A DNA stretch of 64,000 bases, taken from assembly GCA_943787575.1 (NCBI GenBank), contig CALSMY010000018.1, forward strand, positions 1,240 to 65,239. The letters run 5' to 3'. A program made the position numbers and the translations under genes. Of the stretch, positions 9,888 through 19,533 are shown in pieces. The stretch comes from an uncultured Opitutales bacterium. Its GTDB lineage: Bacteria > Verrucomicrobiota > Verrucomicrobiia > Opitutales > Seribacteraceae. Every line of letters starts with the position of its first letter. Position 1 is the stretch's first letter. A model generated the notes under the pieces. The model searched no databases. It was not told the DNA's origin and saw only the letters and a program-made list of their open reading frames with translations.

Positions 9888-10220
9888 TCAAACTTGAATC
9901 ACTTGAGATAGTAAGTTGTGCTTTCGGGGTATTCGGTAGAGATATGGATTAACCTTACTGGTAAACGGGTTATTTTTTCGTAAATTAAGGACGGAAAATT
10001 GTCTTTGGTAAAAACACTGAAAATAACCCGAAAACTCGATGGTATTGGCAGAAATTGAATAATAATCGAGATTCTCAAGACAAAGGTGATTATGGGAATC
10101 TGCAGGGCTAGAATCATAACAATTTTCGCATGCTGCCATGGAATTTTCACTGTCTACGCATAAGCACTCTACGAAAGGGAGTGCCAACAAGACTGCAATC
10201 AACATGTAAGCTAACTTCAC
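9888..10220 (-). CDS. Small secreted Cys/His-rich protein heading the export operon
   Basis: Signal-like N-terminus, then CLC, CENC and HNHLC motifs. Confidence 0.6.
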   Translation of the reverse strand: MKLAYMLIAVLLALPFVECLCVDSENSMAACENCYDSSPADSHNHLCLENLDYYSISANTIEFSGYFQCFYQRQFSVLNLRKNNPFTSKVNPYLYRIPRKHNLLSQVIQV

Positions 10221-10397
10221 GCTTCTATCCTATTTGTGAGCTTAATTTTGGTCAAGAAAATTATGGTCCTTGTAGGAGTATGGATTAAGCAATTTGAAAC
10301 CCGAAAACTGGAGGTTGTGTCTTCTTACAACAAGCTTGCCACCTCGTGGTTTTTAGTTCACTTTGATTCTTTTGATTAAATCCCCGTCTATTCTATT

Positions 10398-11078
10398 ATG
10401 TCCAACATAACCGAAACTATCCTCAAGGTTGACAGCCGTGAAAAACATGGCACCAGTCTCTCCAAAAAATTAAGATCTCAAGGGCGTATTCCTGCCGTAT
10501 TTTATGGCAAGGATATCCTCAAGCACTATTCTGTGGACGACAGTAAGTTCCGTGCTCTAATGAGATCCTCTGGTGGAACCCTCTCGCTCATAGAACTTGA
10601 AGAAGACTCGGGCGACAAAGAGCTTGCTTTGTTAAAGGATATTCAAATTGATTCCGTAAAGGATAATATTTTGCATTTGGATTTTGTTCAAGTTACCAGA
10701 GGTCAGACTCTTGAAACGAAGATTCCTTTAGAACTAGTTGGAGAATCAATTGGGGTTAAAAGTATGGGCGGAATTCTGGAATTCCACCAAAGCGAAATCT
10801 TAGTCCGGTGTCGACCAAGTCAACTCCCCAAAGGCCTTGAGTTGGATATTAGCGGGCTTGATTTGGGCGATAGTTTACAAATTAGGGACCTTCCTGTGAT
10901 TGAGGGAGTAGAATATGTTGCTGACCCCGAAGGCAATGTGGTTACTTGTGTAAGCAGTGCCAGCGGTCGAGCGGGTGCAGAAGATGAAGCCGATGAAGGA
11001 ACATCCGAAGAGCCTTCCACGGAAGATGATGATTCAGTTACACCCGATTCAGATTCCAATGACGAAGGTTCCGAGTAA
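10398..11078 (+). CDS. rplY: 50S ribosomal protein L25/Ctc
   Basis: LRSQGRIPAVFYG, ILHLDF, CTC C-terminal domain, acidic tail. Confidence 0.95.
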   Translation: MSNITETILKVDSREKHGTSLSKKLRSQGRIPAVFYGKDILKHYSVDDSKFRALMRSSGGTLSLIELEEDSGDKELALLKDIQIDSVKDNILHLDFVQVTRGQTLETKIPLELVGESIGVKSMGGILEFHQSEILVRCRPSQLPKGLELDISGLDLGDSLQIRDLPVIEGVEYVADPEGNVVTCVSSASGRAGAEDEADEGTSEEPSTEDDDSVTPDSDSNDEGSE

Positions 11079-11096
11079 TCATGTTTCTTCAACTCG

Positions 11097-11684
11097 GTGA
11101 ATTTAGTAATTCTTGGCCTTGGGAACCCTGGAGTTGATTACGAGCATTCGAGGCACAATGTAGGCCATTGGTTTGTTAATCACTTTGCAAAATTCCAAAA
11201 AGCTTCCTTCCATGCTAGTCCATCTTACCAAATCTGTAGTTTCCCTTTTGCTGAAGGTAAGCTAACTTTGGCTAAATCGGCCAATTATATGAATCAAAAC
11301 GGACAAGGTATAAAAAAATTGCTTAATACTTTTTTAGGCAAGAAAGATAAGTTTGTTATCGTCCATGATGAACTAGATCTGCCTATTGGTCGGGTCAAGT
11401 TATCTCATGGTAAGTCTGCTGCAGGTCATAATGGAGTTACTAGTGTGCTTGAACAATTAAACTTTTCTCCCCTTCGCCTTCGTATAGGGATTGGTGCAAC
11501 TAGGCACCCGGACCTGTCATCTTCTGAATTTGTTCTTTCTCGCTTCTCCAATGAAGAGCAATTATGTTTAAATTCGTTAACTACAACCTTAATTCATTCC
11601 ATTCGATTACTCGTTAATCGTGGACTTTCGTTTGCCCTCAATTTTACTAATTCGTACCCTTTAAATAAACCTACACTACTATGA
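11097..11684 (+). CDS. pth: Peptidyl-tRNA hydrolase
   Basis: GLGNPG..Y..SRHNVG, YMN, VHDELDLP, GHNG, RLRIGIG. Confidence 0.95.
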   Translation: MNLVILGLGNPGVDYEHSRHNVGHWFVNHFAKFQKASFHASPSYQICSFPFAEGKLTLAKSANYMNQNGQGIKKLLNTFLGKKDKFVIVHDELDLPIGRVKLSHGKSAAGHNGVTSVLEQLNFSPLRLRIGIGATRHPDLSSSEFVLSRFSNEEQLCLNSLTTTLIHSIRLLVNRGLSFALNFTNSYPLNKPTLL

Positions 11685-11975
11685 CATCCAGAAACTACTC
11701 TAGCCACCATTGTTGTTGATCCAAGCGGAAGCGAAGGATCGACAAGTGAAATGATTCCGAAGCTTAGTGAAGTGATTGCTCAATCCGACGGGGAAGTGAC
11801 TAAAGTGCAGGAGCTAGGTCAGCATGACTTTGCCTATCCTTCCAGGAAAAAGATTTCTCGGGGCACATATCTTCAGTTTGAGCTTTCAGGGACTCCTGAA
11901 ACCCCGCAAAAAATTAAGGAAAAATTGCGACTTGAAAAAAAGGTTGATCGTATCCTGATCGAGTGCAGTAGTTAG
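11681..11975 (+). CDS. rpsF: 30S ribosomal protein S6 (one extra base near 11699, probable sequencing error)
   Basis: ATG 11681 overlaps the pth stop (ATGA); MTSRNY then LATIVVDP in the +1 frame joins the 11751 ORF with LGQHDFAYP..K...GTY; position before ssb. Confidence 0.9.
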
Positions 11976-11990
11976 TATCTCTTAAACTCT

Positions 11991-12458
11991 ATGGCCTCAC
12001 TAAATAAAGTCCTTTTAATCGGCAATCTTACCCGCGACCCAGAGGTCAAGATGCTGTCTTCTGGTAGGCCTGTTTGTAACTTCGGACTTGCCCTGAACAG
12101 AAACTTCAAAGACTCCGAAGGGAACAAGCGAGAAGAAGTAACTTTTATCGAAGTTGAATGTTTTGGGCCTAGGGCCGAGGCAGTGGGTAGGTTCTTCACC
12201 AAGGGTAGGTCTATTTTTGTTGAAGGACGTTTAAAGCTTGATCAATGGGAATCTAAAGAAGGTGAAAAGCGTAGTGCTATCCGGGTTGTATTGGATAACT
12301 TTGAATTTGTAGATGCAGGGAAATCGGATTCTGGTTCGAGCATCCCTACTAGGAGTGCCCAAGCCGATCAACAAACCGTAAAACCAACTCCCTCCGCTGC
12401 CCCTGACCAAACTTTACCTTCGACAGAACCTGATTTGGACGAAGACGTACCTTTTTAA
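11991..12458 (+). CDS. ssb: Single-stranded DNA-binding protein
   Basis: LNKVLLIGNLTRDPE; C-terminal DEDVPF. Confidence 0.97.
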   Translation: MASLNKVLLIGNLTRDPEVKMLSSGRPVCNFGLALNRNFKDSEGNKREEVTFIEVECFGPRAEAVGRFFTKGRSIFVEGRLKLDQWESKEGEKRSAIRVVLDNFEFVDAGKSDSGSSIPTRSAQADQQTVKPTPSAAPDQTLPSTEPDLDEDVPF

Positions 12459-12478
12459 CCCTCCCCCAAACTATTACA

Positions 12479-12952
12479 ATGGCTCAAACAGAAATTTTAC
12501 TCTTAGAAAAAGTCGACAACCTCGGAACTGAAGGCGATGTTGTCAAAGTCCGTCCCGGTTACGCTCGAAACTTTTTACTTCCCAAAGGTATTGCGGTACC
12601 TCTTAATCAAGCTAACAAGAAACGCTTAGATTCCCTCAAGATTGCTCGTGCAGCTAGAGAAGCAGAAGAATTGCAAAACGCTCAAGATGTTGCTTCTAAA
12701 ATTGAAGGCCTTTCTATTGCGATAGCCGTTAAAACAGGATCTGGAGGTAAATTGTTCGGTTCTGTTACTGCTTCTCAGATTATAGAAAAGGTTAGTGAGA
12801 AAGGCTTCTCACTGGATAAAAAGCATTTTAATAATTTTTCTCCTATCAAGAACCTCGGCCAAACCATTGTGTCTTTGTCTCTGTCGAAGGAAGTCACTGC
12901 GGAATTGAAAGTCGAAGTTGTTTCGGAAAACCCCATCGAGGAAGAGGAATAA
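12479..12952 (+). CDS. rplI: 50S ribosomal protein L9
   Basis: LG..GDVVKVRPGYARNFLLPKG; GKLFGSVT. Confidence 0.97.
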   Translation: MAQTEILLLEKVDNLGTEGDVVKVRPGYARNFLLPKGIAVPLNQANKKRLDSLKIARAAREAEELQNAQDVASKIEGLSIAIAVKTGSGGKLFGSVTASQIIEKVSEKGFSLDKKHFNNFSPIKNLGQTIVSLSLSKEVTAELKVEVVSENPIEEEE

Positions 12953-12986
12953 TTTACCTTCAATCATTGTAGAAGGAAAGAAACTA

Positions 12987-14468
12987 ATGTCGACTGTTTC
13001 GTCCCTGTCTACAACCGCGAAAGATTATTCGGATTCATCTTCTGATAGGAAGATGGGCAATCGTTCACTTGAAAAGATTGAAGGACAGGCACTACCTAGT
13101 AACCTTGATGCGGAACAAGGAATTTTAGCTGCCTGTATTGTTGACGCTTCTGGCGAAGTGATGAGCAATTGTATTGAGCAAGCGCTTAGGCCGGAAGACT
13201 TTTATTTTACCAAGCATCAAATGATTTTTGATGCCCTTCTCGACCTTCATCAGGAAACAATCGAGCCTGACGAGATTGTCTTGGCAGAAAAACTCAAAAG
13301 TAATGGCAATTTAGAATTAGCTGGGGGGCAAGAGGGAATTACTAGTTTGGCTGGACGAATTGATACCACGGCTCATGCATCTTTTTGGTTAGACATAGTT
13401 AAGCAAAAATCTCTGCTTCGTAAATGTATTTACATGGCTTTCGAAATGATTGACGGAGCTAACCGCCAACCAAGTAATGTAGAAGATTTTCTCGCAAATT
13501 TTGAACAAAGGGTTTGTTCATTGGGTGATGATCAAAACCTTCGTGCTTCCATTCCGTTCAGAGAACCTATTCAACACGCGATGGAACAAATCCAGCGTAT
13601 GCTTTCTCGTGAGGAAACAGATGGTGTTTTTACTGGATACTCTGACTTAGATGGTTTAACTAATGGCTTCAAACCTGGGGAAATGATCGTATTGGCAGCT
13701 CGCCCATCGGTCGGGAAGACTAGTCTTGCCATGAATATCGTCGAAAACATTGCCTTTAATGCACAATACCAGGATCAGCCCAGGCATGCTCTTGTTTTTA
13801 GTTTGGAAATGAGTGCCACATCTCTTGCGATGAGATTGATTTGTGGAAGAGCTCGTGTGAATATGAATGATCTGCGGAAAGGTTTTGTTCCTCGCAGTCA
13901 GGCCGAAAACCTACATCAAACAAGTAAAGAATTTCAACAGGCCTCTCTCTGGGTTGATGATACCAGCGGTTTAAGCATTAACCAAATTAGGGCAAAGGCA
14001 AGAAGGTTAAAAATGCGTAATAAGCTAGATTTTATAGTGGTTGATTACCTTCAACTGATCTCAACAGAATCGAGAGTTTTTTCCAGAGAGAACCAGATAT
14101 CTGAAATATCTCGTGGACTTAAAGCAATGGCGAAAGAACTGGAGGTACCTGTGTTGGTATTAAGTCAATTAAATCGAGACTCCGAAAAAGAACGTAGAGA
14201 CCCAAGGCTATCAGATTTACGAGAGTCAGGAGCTATCGAGCAGGATGCTGATGTAGTTATGCTTCTTGGTAAACAAAGGAAGGGTGAGGATATCAGAGAA
14301 ATGGACTATGATGGGGAGGCAGAATCAAAAGAAGAAGAGGAAGACTATGAGCCCATCGTATTGATATTAGCAAAACAAAGAAATGGTCCCACGGGAAAAA
14401 TCAATCTTGCATTTAGGCGTAAATTCACTCGATTCGAAAGTATGCAACAAGACCACCGTTTGAATTAG
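12987..14468 (+). CDS. dnaB: Replicative DNA helicase
   Basis: LAARPSVGKTS, FSLEMS, VVDYLQL, LSQLNR, SDLRESGAIEQDAD, KQRNGPTG; start moved to ATG 12987; no intein. Confidence 0.97.
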   Translation: MSTVSSLSTTAKDYSDSSSDRKMGNRSLEKIEGQALPSNLDAEQGILAACIVDASGEVMSNCIEQALRPEDFYFTKHQMIFDALLDLHQETIEPDEIVLAEKLKSNGNLELAGGQEGITSLAGRIDTTAHASFWLDIVKQKSLLRKCIYMAFEMIDGANRQPSNVEDFLANFEQRVCSLGDDQNLRASIPFREPIQHAMEQIQRMLSREETDGVFTGYSDLDGLTNGFKPGEMIVLAARPSVGKTSLAMNIVENIAFNAQYQDQPRHALVFSLEMSATSLAMRLICGRARVNMNDLRKGFVPRSQAENLHQTSKEFQQASLWVDDTSGLSINQIRAKARRLKMRNKLDFIVVDYLQLISTESRVFSRENQISEISRGLKAMAKELEVPVLVLSQLNRDSEKERRDPRLSDLRESGAIEQDADVVMLLGKQRKGEDIREMDYDGEAESKEEEEDYEPIVLILAKQRNGPTGKINLAFRRKFTRFESMQQDHRLN

Positions 14469-14475
14469 ATTGGAT

Positions 14476-16856
14476 ATGAGACTATTTACATTCTTACTAT
14501 GCTTCTCGGTCTGCGTTGGGACCCTTATTGCCGATACCTCTTCGGGGGGTAAGACGATCTCTACCATAAAGATTGAAATTTCAGGCCCCCCCACTGTAGG
14601 GGAATCATATGTAAAACAAAATTTACAAATTCAAGAAGGAGATCATTACAAAACATCCTCAATAGATAAGTCGATTCGTAACCTTATGGAAACCGGATCC
14701 ATTAGCGATGTTAAGGTTTTTAAAGATCCTGTTGCTTCCAAAAACGATGATGTCGCCCTCGTTTTCAAAGTAGTTACTAAGCCAAGGATTGAAGAAATTC
14801 GTTTTAATGGAAATAACGAGCTATCAGATAAAAAACTTTTAAAATCAATTACTGCAAAGGTTGGAGAATTATACGATGAAGCTAAAGTTAAGTCGGATAT
14901 AATCATTTTAGAAAGACTTTACCTAGAAAAAGGGTTTTGGAATTCTGGCGTTTCTTATCAAGTTCTTCGAGGAGCAGATGATCCTGATAAAAAAATATTG
15001 AGTTTTTTTATTGAAGAAAATGAATTAAGGAAAATTCGCCGAATCCTTTTCTCCGGTAACATTGCATTGGATGAAGGTGAATTGCTTGATGCGATGGAAA
15101 CGGCACCTTGGCGCTTTTGGAGGTTTTGGTCAAAAGGTCAAAATATTTACCACGCGTATTAGATGACGATATCGATAAAATATTACAGATCTATCGAGAT
15201 GAAGGTTTTCTAGATGTTAAAATAGATCAATCAAATTTAATTCTAAGACCTTCTGGATCAAATAGAATTGATCTACAAATTCCTGATTACTGAAGGCACC
15301 AGATCTTATTTCGGGACTCAAAATGTATTTGGACAAGCGATTATTGATAGCAATGACTTGTTAAAGGATTCTTTAATCACTACTGGTGAGCCTTACTCAC
15401 CGACTTTACTTGCAAAAGAACGGAGTCGTTTAAAGGAGAATATATGGAGATAGAGGTTATTTAGACTCTCAAATCCGGATACAAAGAAAACCAAACCTCA
15501 TAAACAACCAAATAGATTTAGTATTTGAGATAACGGAAAACAATAAGTTTTCAGTAAACTCCATTGAAGTTAGAGGGAATGAGAAAACCAAAACGGTTGT
15601 TCTTATTCGGGAACTTGCATTGGCACCCGGTGAGACTTTTGATTTAACTCGGATGGAGACAAGTGAAGCTAGGCTAAAAAATACCAAGCTTTTCGAGAGA
15701 GTTACCATTAGTGATGAACCTATTGCATCTGGTGACCCAGAATTAAGAAATTCCAGGCGCAATATGATTGTAGATGTTGACGAAGGGCGTACTGGTCATG
15801 TCTCATTTGGAGTTGGGTTTAGTACTTTGGAAAAAGCCATGATGTATGCAGAGTTTCGTCAGGGTAATTTTGATATTATGAAATGGAGGGCACCTCACCG
15901 CTTACAGGGTGACGGCCAAAAATTCCGACTTCGTTTGAAACTTGGTTCCAAGAGCAATGAAGTCCGTTTAGCCCTTGAGGAACCATGGTTCCTCAACCGT
16001 CGAGTAGCTGCAGGCTTTGAAGTTTTTCGAGAAAAATCAGATTATCAAAGTTCCTATTATGATGAACTGCGGGCAGGCTTTGAAGTTTATTTTCGTAAGA
16101 GATTATTTGAGTTGGTGGAGGGAAGGTTATTTTACAGTTTGAGGATGTTTTAATTGAAGACATTGAAAACACTTCAGAACTACCTGGATTAGGGATGACC
16201 CTGCATACAATGCCAGCACAAATGAGATTCAGCGGAAAATTTCCAAAGTTGGGCTTACCTTAAGCCGAGACACCAGAGACAGCCTTCTTTTTCCAACTGA
16301 GGGCAGCTTAGTATCGATTAGAAAAGAGTTTGCAGGTGGTATTTTTGGAGGGGATGCCGACTATGGTCGTTTTGAAATACAAGGTGTTCAATTTTTCAAA
16401 ACCTTTGATGCTATGGAACAAGTGTTGTCAGTGTCAGGAAGAACCGGAACCCTTGGAAAGTTTGATGGGGACGACGCAAATGTACCATTTTTTGAAAAGT
16501 TTTTCTTGGGCGGCCCTTACAATTTAAGAGGTTGGGATTACCGCGAGGCTGGTCCAAATGTACTAGGGGAGCCAGTGGGTGGAAATTCATTTTCCTATGC
16601 AAGTTTGGAATATACTTTTAAGGTCGCCGATCCTTTGCGCTTTGCGTTCTTTTATGATGGAGGCTTTCTTCGTAGGGGAGATTTTAAATTTGCACCGGGC
16701 AATGCCTCAGAGGGTTGGCATGACAATTGGGGACTTGGTATTCGTATTATGGTTATGGGTATGCCTTTGCGTTTAGACCTCGGTTTCCCCATGTCGGACC
16801 CAAGTAAGAGCGGTGCTTCCACCCAATTTCACTTTTCTGGCGGTACAAGATTTTAA
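14476..16856 (+). CDS. bamA: Outer-membrane protein assembly factor BamA (about five single-base frameshifts)
   Basis: POTRA repeats; GNEKTKTVVLIREL; FFLGGPYNLRGWDY; C-terminal QFHFSGGTRF; ORFs 14470, 15108, 15268, 15620 and 16413 join via indels near 15134, 15277, 15440, 16140 and 16194. Confidence 0.92.
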
Positions 16857-16901
16857 AGTATTGTTGCCAACATCTATCCACTTTCTGCATTATAAACTAT
16901 T

Positions 16902-17445
16902 ATGAAAACATTTTATTATCTCCTTTTTATTACCTCTCTTCACTTTTGTTCAAAGTGCCCAAGCTCAGAAAACTGGAGTTGTAGATGTGCAAAAAGTTTT
17001 TGATGGCTATCAAAAGGTTAAGGATGCACGTGAACGCTTGGACAAATCCAAACAAGTAGCGATGGAAGAGTTAGAGATTTTTCGCGATGAAATGGGAAAA
17101 ATCGTCAATGAACTAAAGGAAATGGAAGAAAAGCTTAAGAACCCAAATATCGACACCGCGACCTTAAAAGAAAAATATCAAGCCAAGGTAACCGTGGCTA
17201 AGGAAAAGCAGGATGATATGGTAGCCTACGATAAGAGAGCCAAAGCAACTATTGCACAAAGACAAAGAAACCTCTTGGTCGAGCATTTAGAAGATATTCG
17301 AACGGCCATTAAGAAAGTATCAGAAGCAAAGGGTTTAGACTTGGTTCTTAATTCCTCGGAAACCCAGTTGGGAGTATTTTATTCCTCAGATCAAATCGAT
17401 TACACCGAGGAAGTTATTGTTACATTAAACGCACAAAAAAAGTAG
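16902..17445 (+). CDS. skp: Skp/OmpH periplasmic chaperone (frameshift in the T-rich signal-peptide region)
   Basis: ATG 16902; AQAQKTGVVDVQKVFDGY in the frame of the 16987 ORF; GLDLVLN and IDYTEEVI; lies between bamA and lpxD. Confidence 0.88.
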
Positions 17446-17476
17446 CACTCTGTAGTATACGAGCTAAGCAAAAACA

Positions 17477-18508
17477 GTGAGTCTTAGCATAAATGTATCG
17501 GAATTAATCGATTTATTTCCTGATGCAATTCAATCAGGTCAAACATCTATTGGGAAATTAGGTGGCATTGCCAATCTTCGCGATGCGAAGGCCGGGGATC
17601 TTTCCTTTTTGGGTAATGCAAAATATAAAAGCCAGGTTGACCTCTGTAAAGCCAGTGTAGTTCTTTTGCCCAATGATTTTCAAGGTAAGCCCTCAAACAA
17701 TCAACTATTTATAAGATTGGAAAACCCTTCACGAGCGTTAGCTCAAGTCTGCGAATTATTAGAAGGAAAATTATATCCAGCACCAGCACCAGGAATTCAC
17801 CCAACAGCATTTCTAGAGGAGAGTGCTAGCGTCCATCACAGTTCTTCTATCGGTGCATTTAGTTATGTTGGGCACGAATCTATCATTGGTCCGAATTGCA
17901 CGATCAACACTCATTGCCATATTGGAATGGGTACAACGATCGGTGAAGGCAGTGTATTTTATCCAGGAGTTAAATTGTTGGCCCGCTGCCAGATAGGTAA
18001 ACAAGTAATTTTGAATGCCGGAGTTGTAGTGGGCTCTGAGGGCTATGGTTTTGATCAGGGTGATGGAAGTCATCAAAAAATTCCTCATCTTGGAAAAGTC
18101 GTCATCGAGGATAATGTAGAAGTTGGTGCTAATACATGTATCGATCGAGCTAGGTTTGAAGAAACCACGGTAGGTCAAGGTACCAAACTTGATAATTTGG
18201 TTCAAGTCGGTCACAATGTCAAAATTGGTAAAAATTGTTTGATCGTTGCTCAAGTTGGAGTAAGTGGAAGCGTGGTTATGGAGGATGAAGTAATAGTTGG
18301 CGGACAGGCTGGATTTGCGGGGCATCTAAGAGTTGGAAAAGGGGCAAAGATTGCTGGCCAAGCTGGTATAACTAAGGATGTAAAGCCAGGGGAATTTCTT
18401 AAAGGTAACCCAGCCCTGCCCTTTCATTTGGCTCAAAGGATTTCTGTTTTACAAAGAAAATTGCCAGATCTTTTCAATAGGTTTGCCCAAGAAAAAAGCA
18501 AAGAGTAA
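17477..18508 (+). CDS. lpxD: UDP-3-O-(3-hydroxyacyl)glucosamine N-acyltransferase
   Basis: GDLSFLGNAKY; hexapeptide repeats; GSEGYGF; GANTCIDR; KLDNLVQVGHNV. Confidence 0.96.
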   Translation: MSLSINVSELIDLFPDAIQSGQTSIGKLGGIANLRDAKAGDLSFLGNAKYKSQVDLCKASVVLLPNDFQGKPSNNQLFIRLENPSRALAQVCELLEGKLYPAPAPGIHPTAFLEESASVHHSSSIGAFSYVGHESIIGPNCTINTHCHIGMGTTIGEGSVFYPGVKLLARCQIGKQVILNAGVVVGSEGYGFDQGDGSHQKIPHLGKVVIEDNVEVGANTCIDRARFEETTVGQGTKLDNLVQVGHNVKIGKNCLIVAQVGVSGSVVMEDEVIVGGQAGFAGHLRVGKGAKIAGQAGITKDVKPGEFLKGNPALPFHLAQRISVLQRKLPDLFNRFAQEKSKE

Positions 18509-18516
18509 ACAAAGAA

Positions 18517-19467
18517 ATGCGAAACGGTACTAACCTAAAGATTTTTAGCGGTAATTCGAACCTCCCTTTGGCAAAAGAAATATGTGCCTACCTTGATATG
18601 GAAATAGGAGATGCTTTAGTTACTTCATTTCCTGACAGTGAAAGTTTCGTTCGGTACAACGAAAATATCCGGGGAATGGATGTTTACCTTCTCCAGTCGA
18701 CTAATTCCCCAGCCAATCACAATATCATGGAATTATTGATCATGATAGATGCCGCAAGAAGGGCATCTGCTGCGAGAATTTCTGTGGTTATTCCTTTTTT
18801 CGGATACGCTCGGCAAGATCGTAAAGATCAACCTCGTGTTCCAATCACTTCAAAATTGATCGCCAATCTTTTGGTTGCAGCTGGTGCTAACCGAGTGCTT
18901 ACGATGGATTTGCATGCCCAGCAAATTCAGGGATTCTTTGATATTCCAGTTGATCATCTATACGCATCCCCTGTGTTTTTTGATTATATGCGAAACCGAA
19001 ATACGGAAAATATGACTATTTTCACTCCTGATGTAGGTGGTATGAAAATGGCCAGTGCCTACGCTGAGGTACTGGGTTGTCCATTAGGGTTTGTAGCAAA
19101 AAGAAGAACGGGGGCAAGTACGGTAGAGGCAACCAATTTAGTTGGCGAAGTGGAAGGTCGAGAAATTTTAATTATTGATGATATGACTGAAACAGCTGGT
19201 ACCTTGACCGCAGCAGCTAAGCTTTTGAAAGAGCGTGGGGCCAAGAGAGTTTCTGCAGTAATTAGTCATTGCGTGCTTAATGAAACCGGTAAAGAGCGTT
19301 TACAGCAAGGTCACTTGGATGAATTAGTTACCACCAATTCAGTAAACATGCAGGTGGATAATTTACCCATCACTCAATTGAGTGTGGCTCCTTTGCTTGG
19401 GGAAGCAATTCAAAGGACACATACTGACAGTAGCATATCGAGTTTATTTGAAGTTAAGGGATTCTAA
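18517..19467 (+). CDS. prs: Ribose-phosphate pyrophosphokinase
   Basis: PFFGYARQDRKD, MDLHAQQIQGFFDIPVDHL, IIDDMTETAGTL. Confidence 0.97.
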   Translation: MRNGTNLKIFSGNSNLPLAKEICAYLDMEIGDALVTSFPDSESFVRYNENIRGMDVYLLQSTNSPANHNIMELLIMIDAARRASAARISVVIPFFGYARQDRKDQPRVPITSKLIANLLVAAGANRVLTMDLHAQQIQGFFDIPVDHLYASPVFFDYMRNRNTENMTIFTPDVGGMKMASAYAEVLGCPLGFVAKRRTGASTVEATNLVGEVEGREILIIDDMTETAGTLTAAAKLLKERGAKRVSAVISHCVLNETGKERLQQGHLDELVTTNSVNMQVDNLPITQLSVAPLLGEAIQRTHTDSSISSLFEVKGF

Positions 19468-19533
19468 ATTTAAGTTTACAAGACTTAGGTATTTCCAAAA
19501 CAAATTTGCTTACCAATTCCGCTTCAATTGTTG

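Noticed and set aside
12987-14468. Intein in DnaB
   Set aside because: Length is normal; there is only a short acidic insert near the C-terminus and no splicing motif
14470-16856. bamA as a pseudogene or several separate genes
   Set aside because: The fragments are collinear, joined by single-base indels with no decay, and the gene is essential; sequencing error is far more likely
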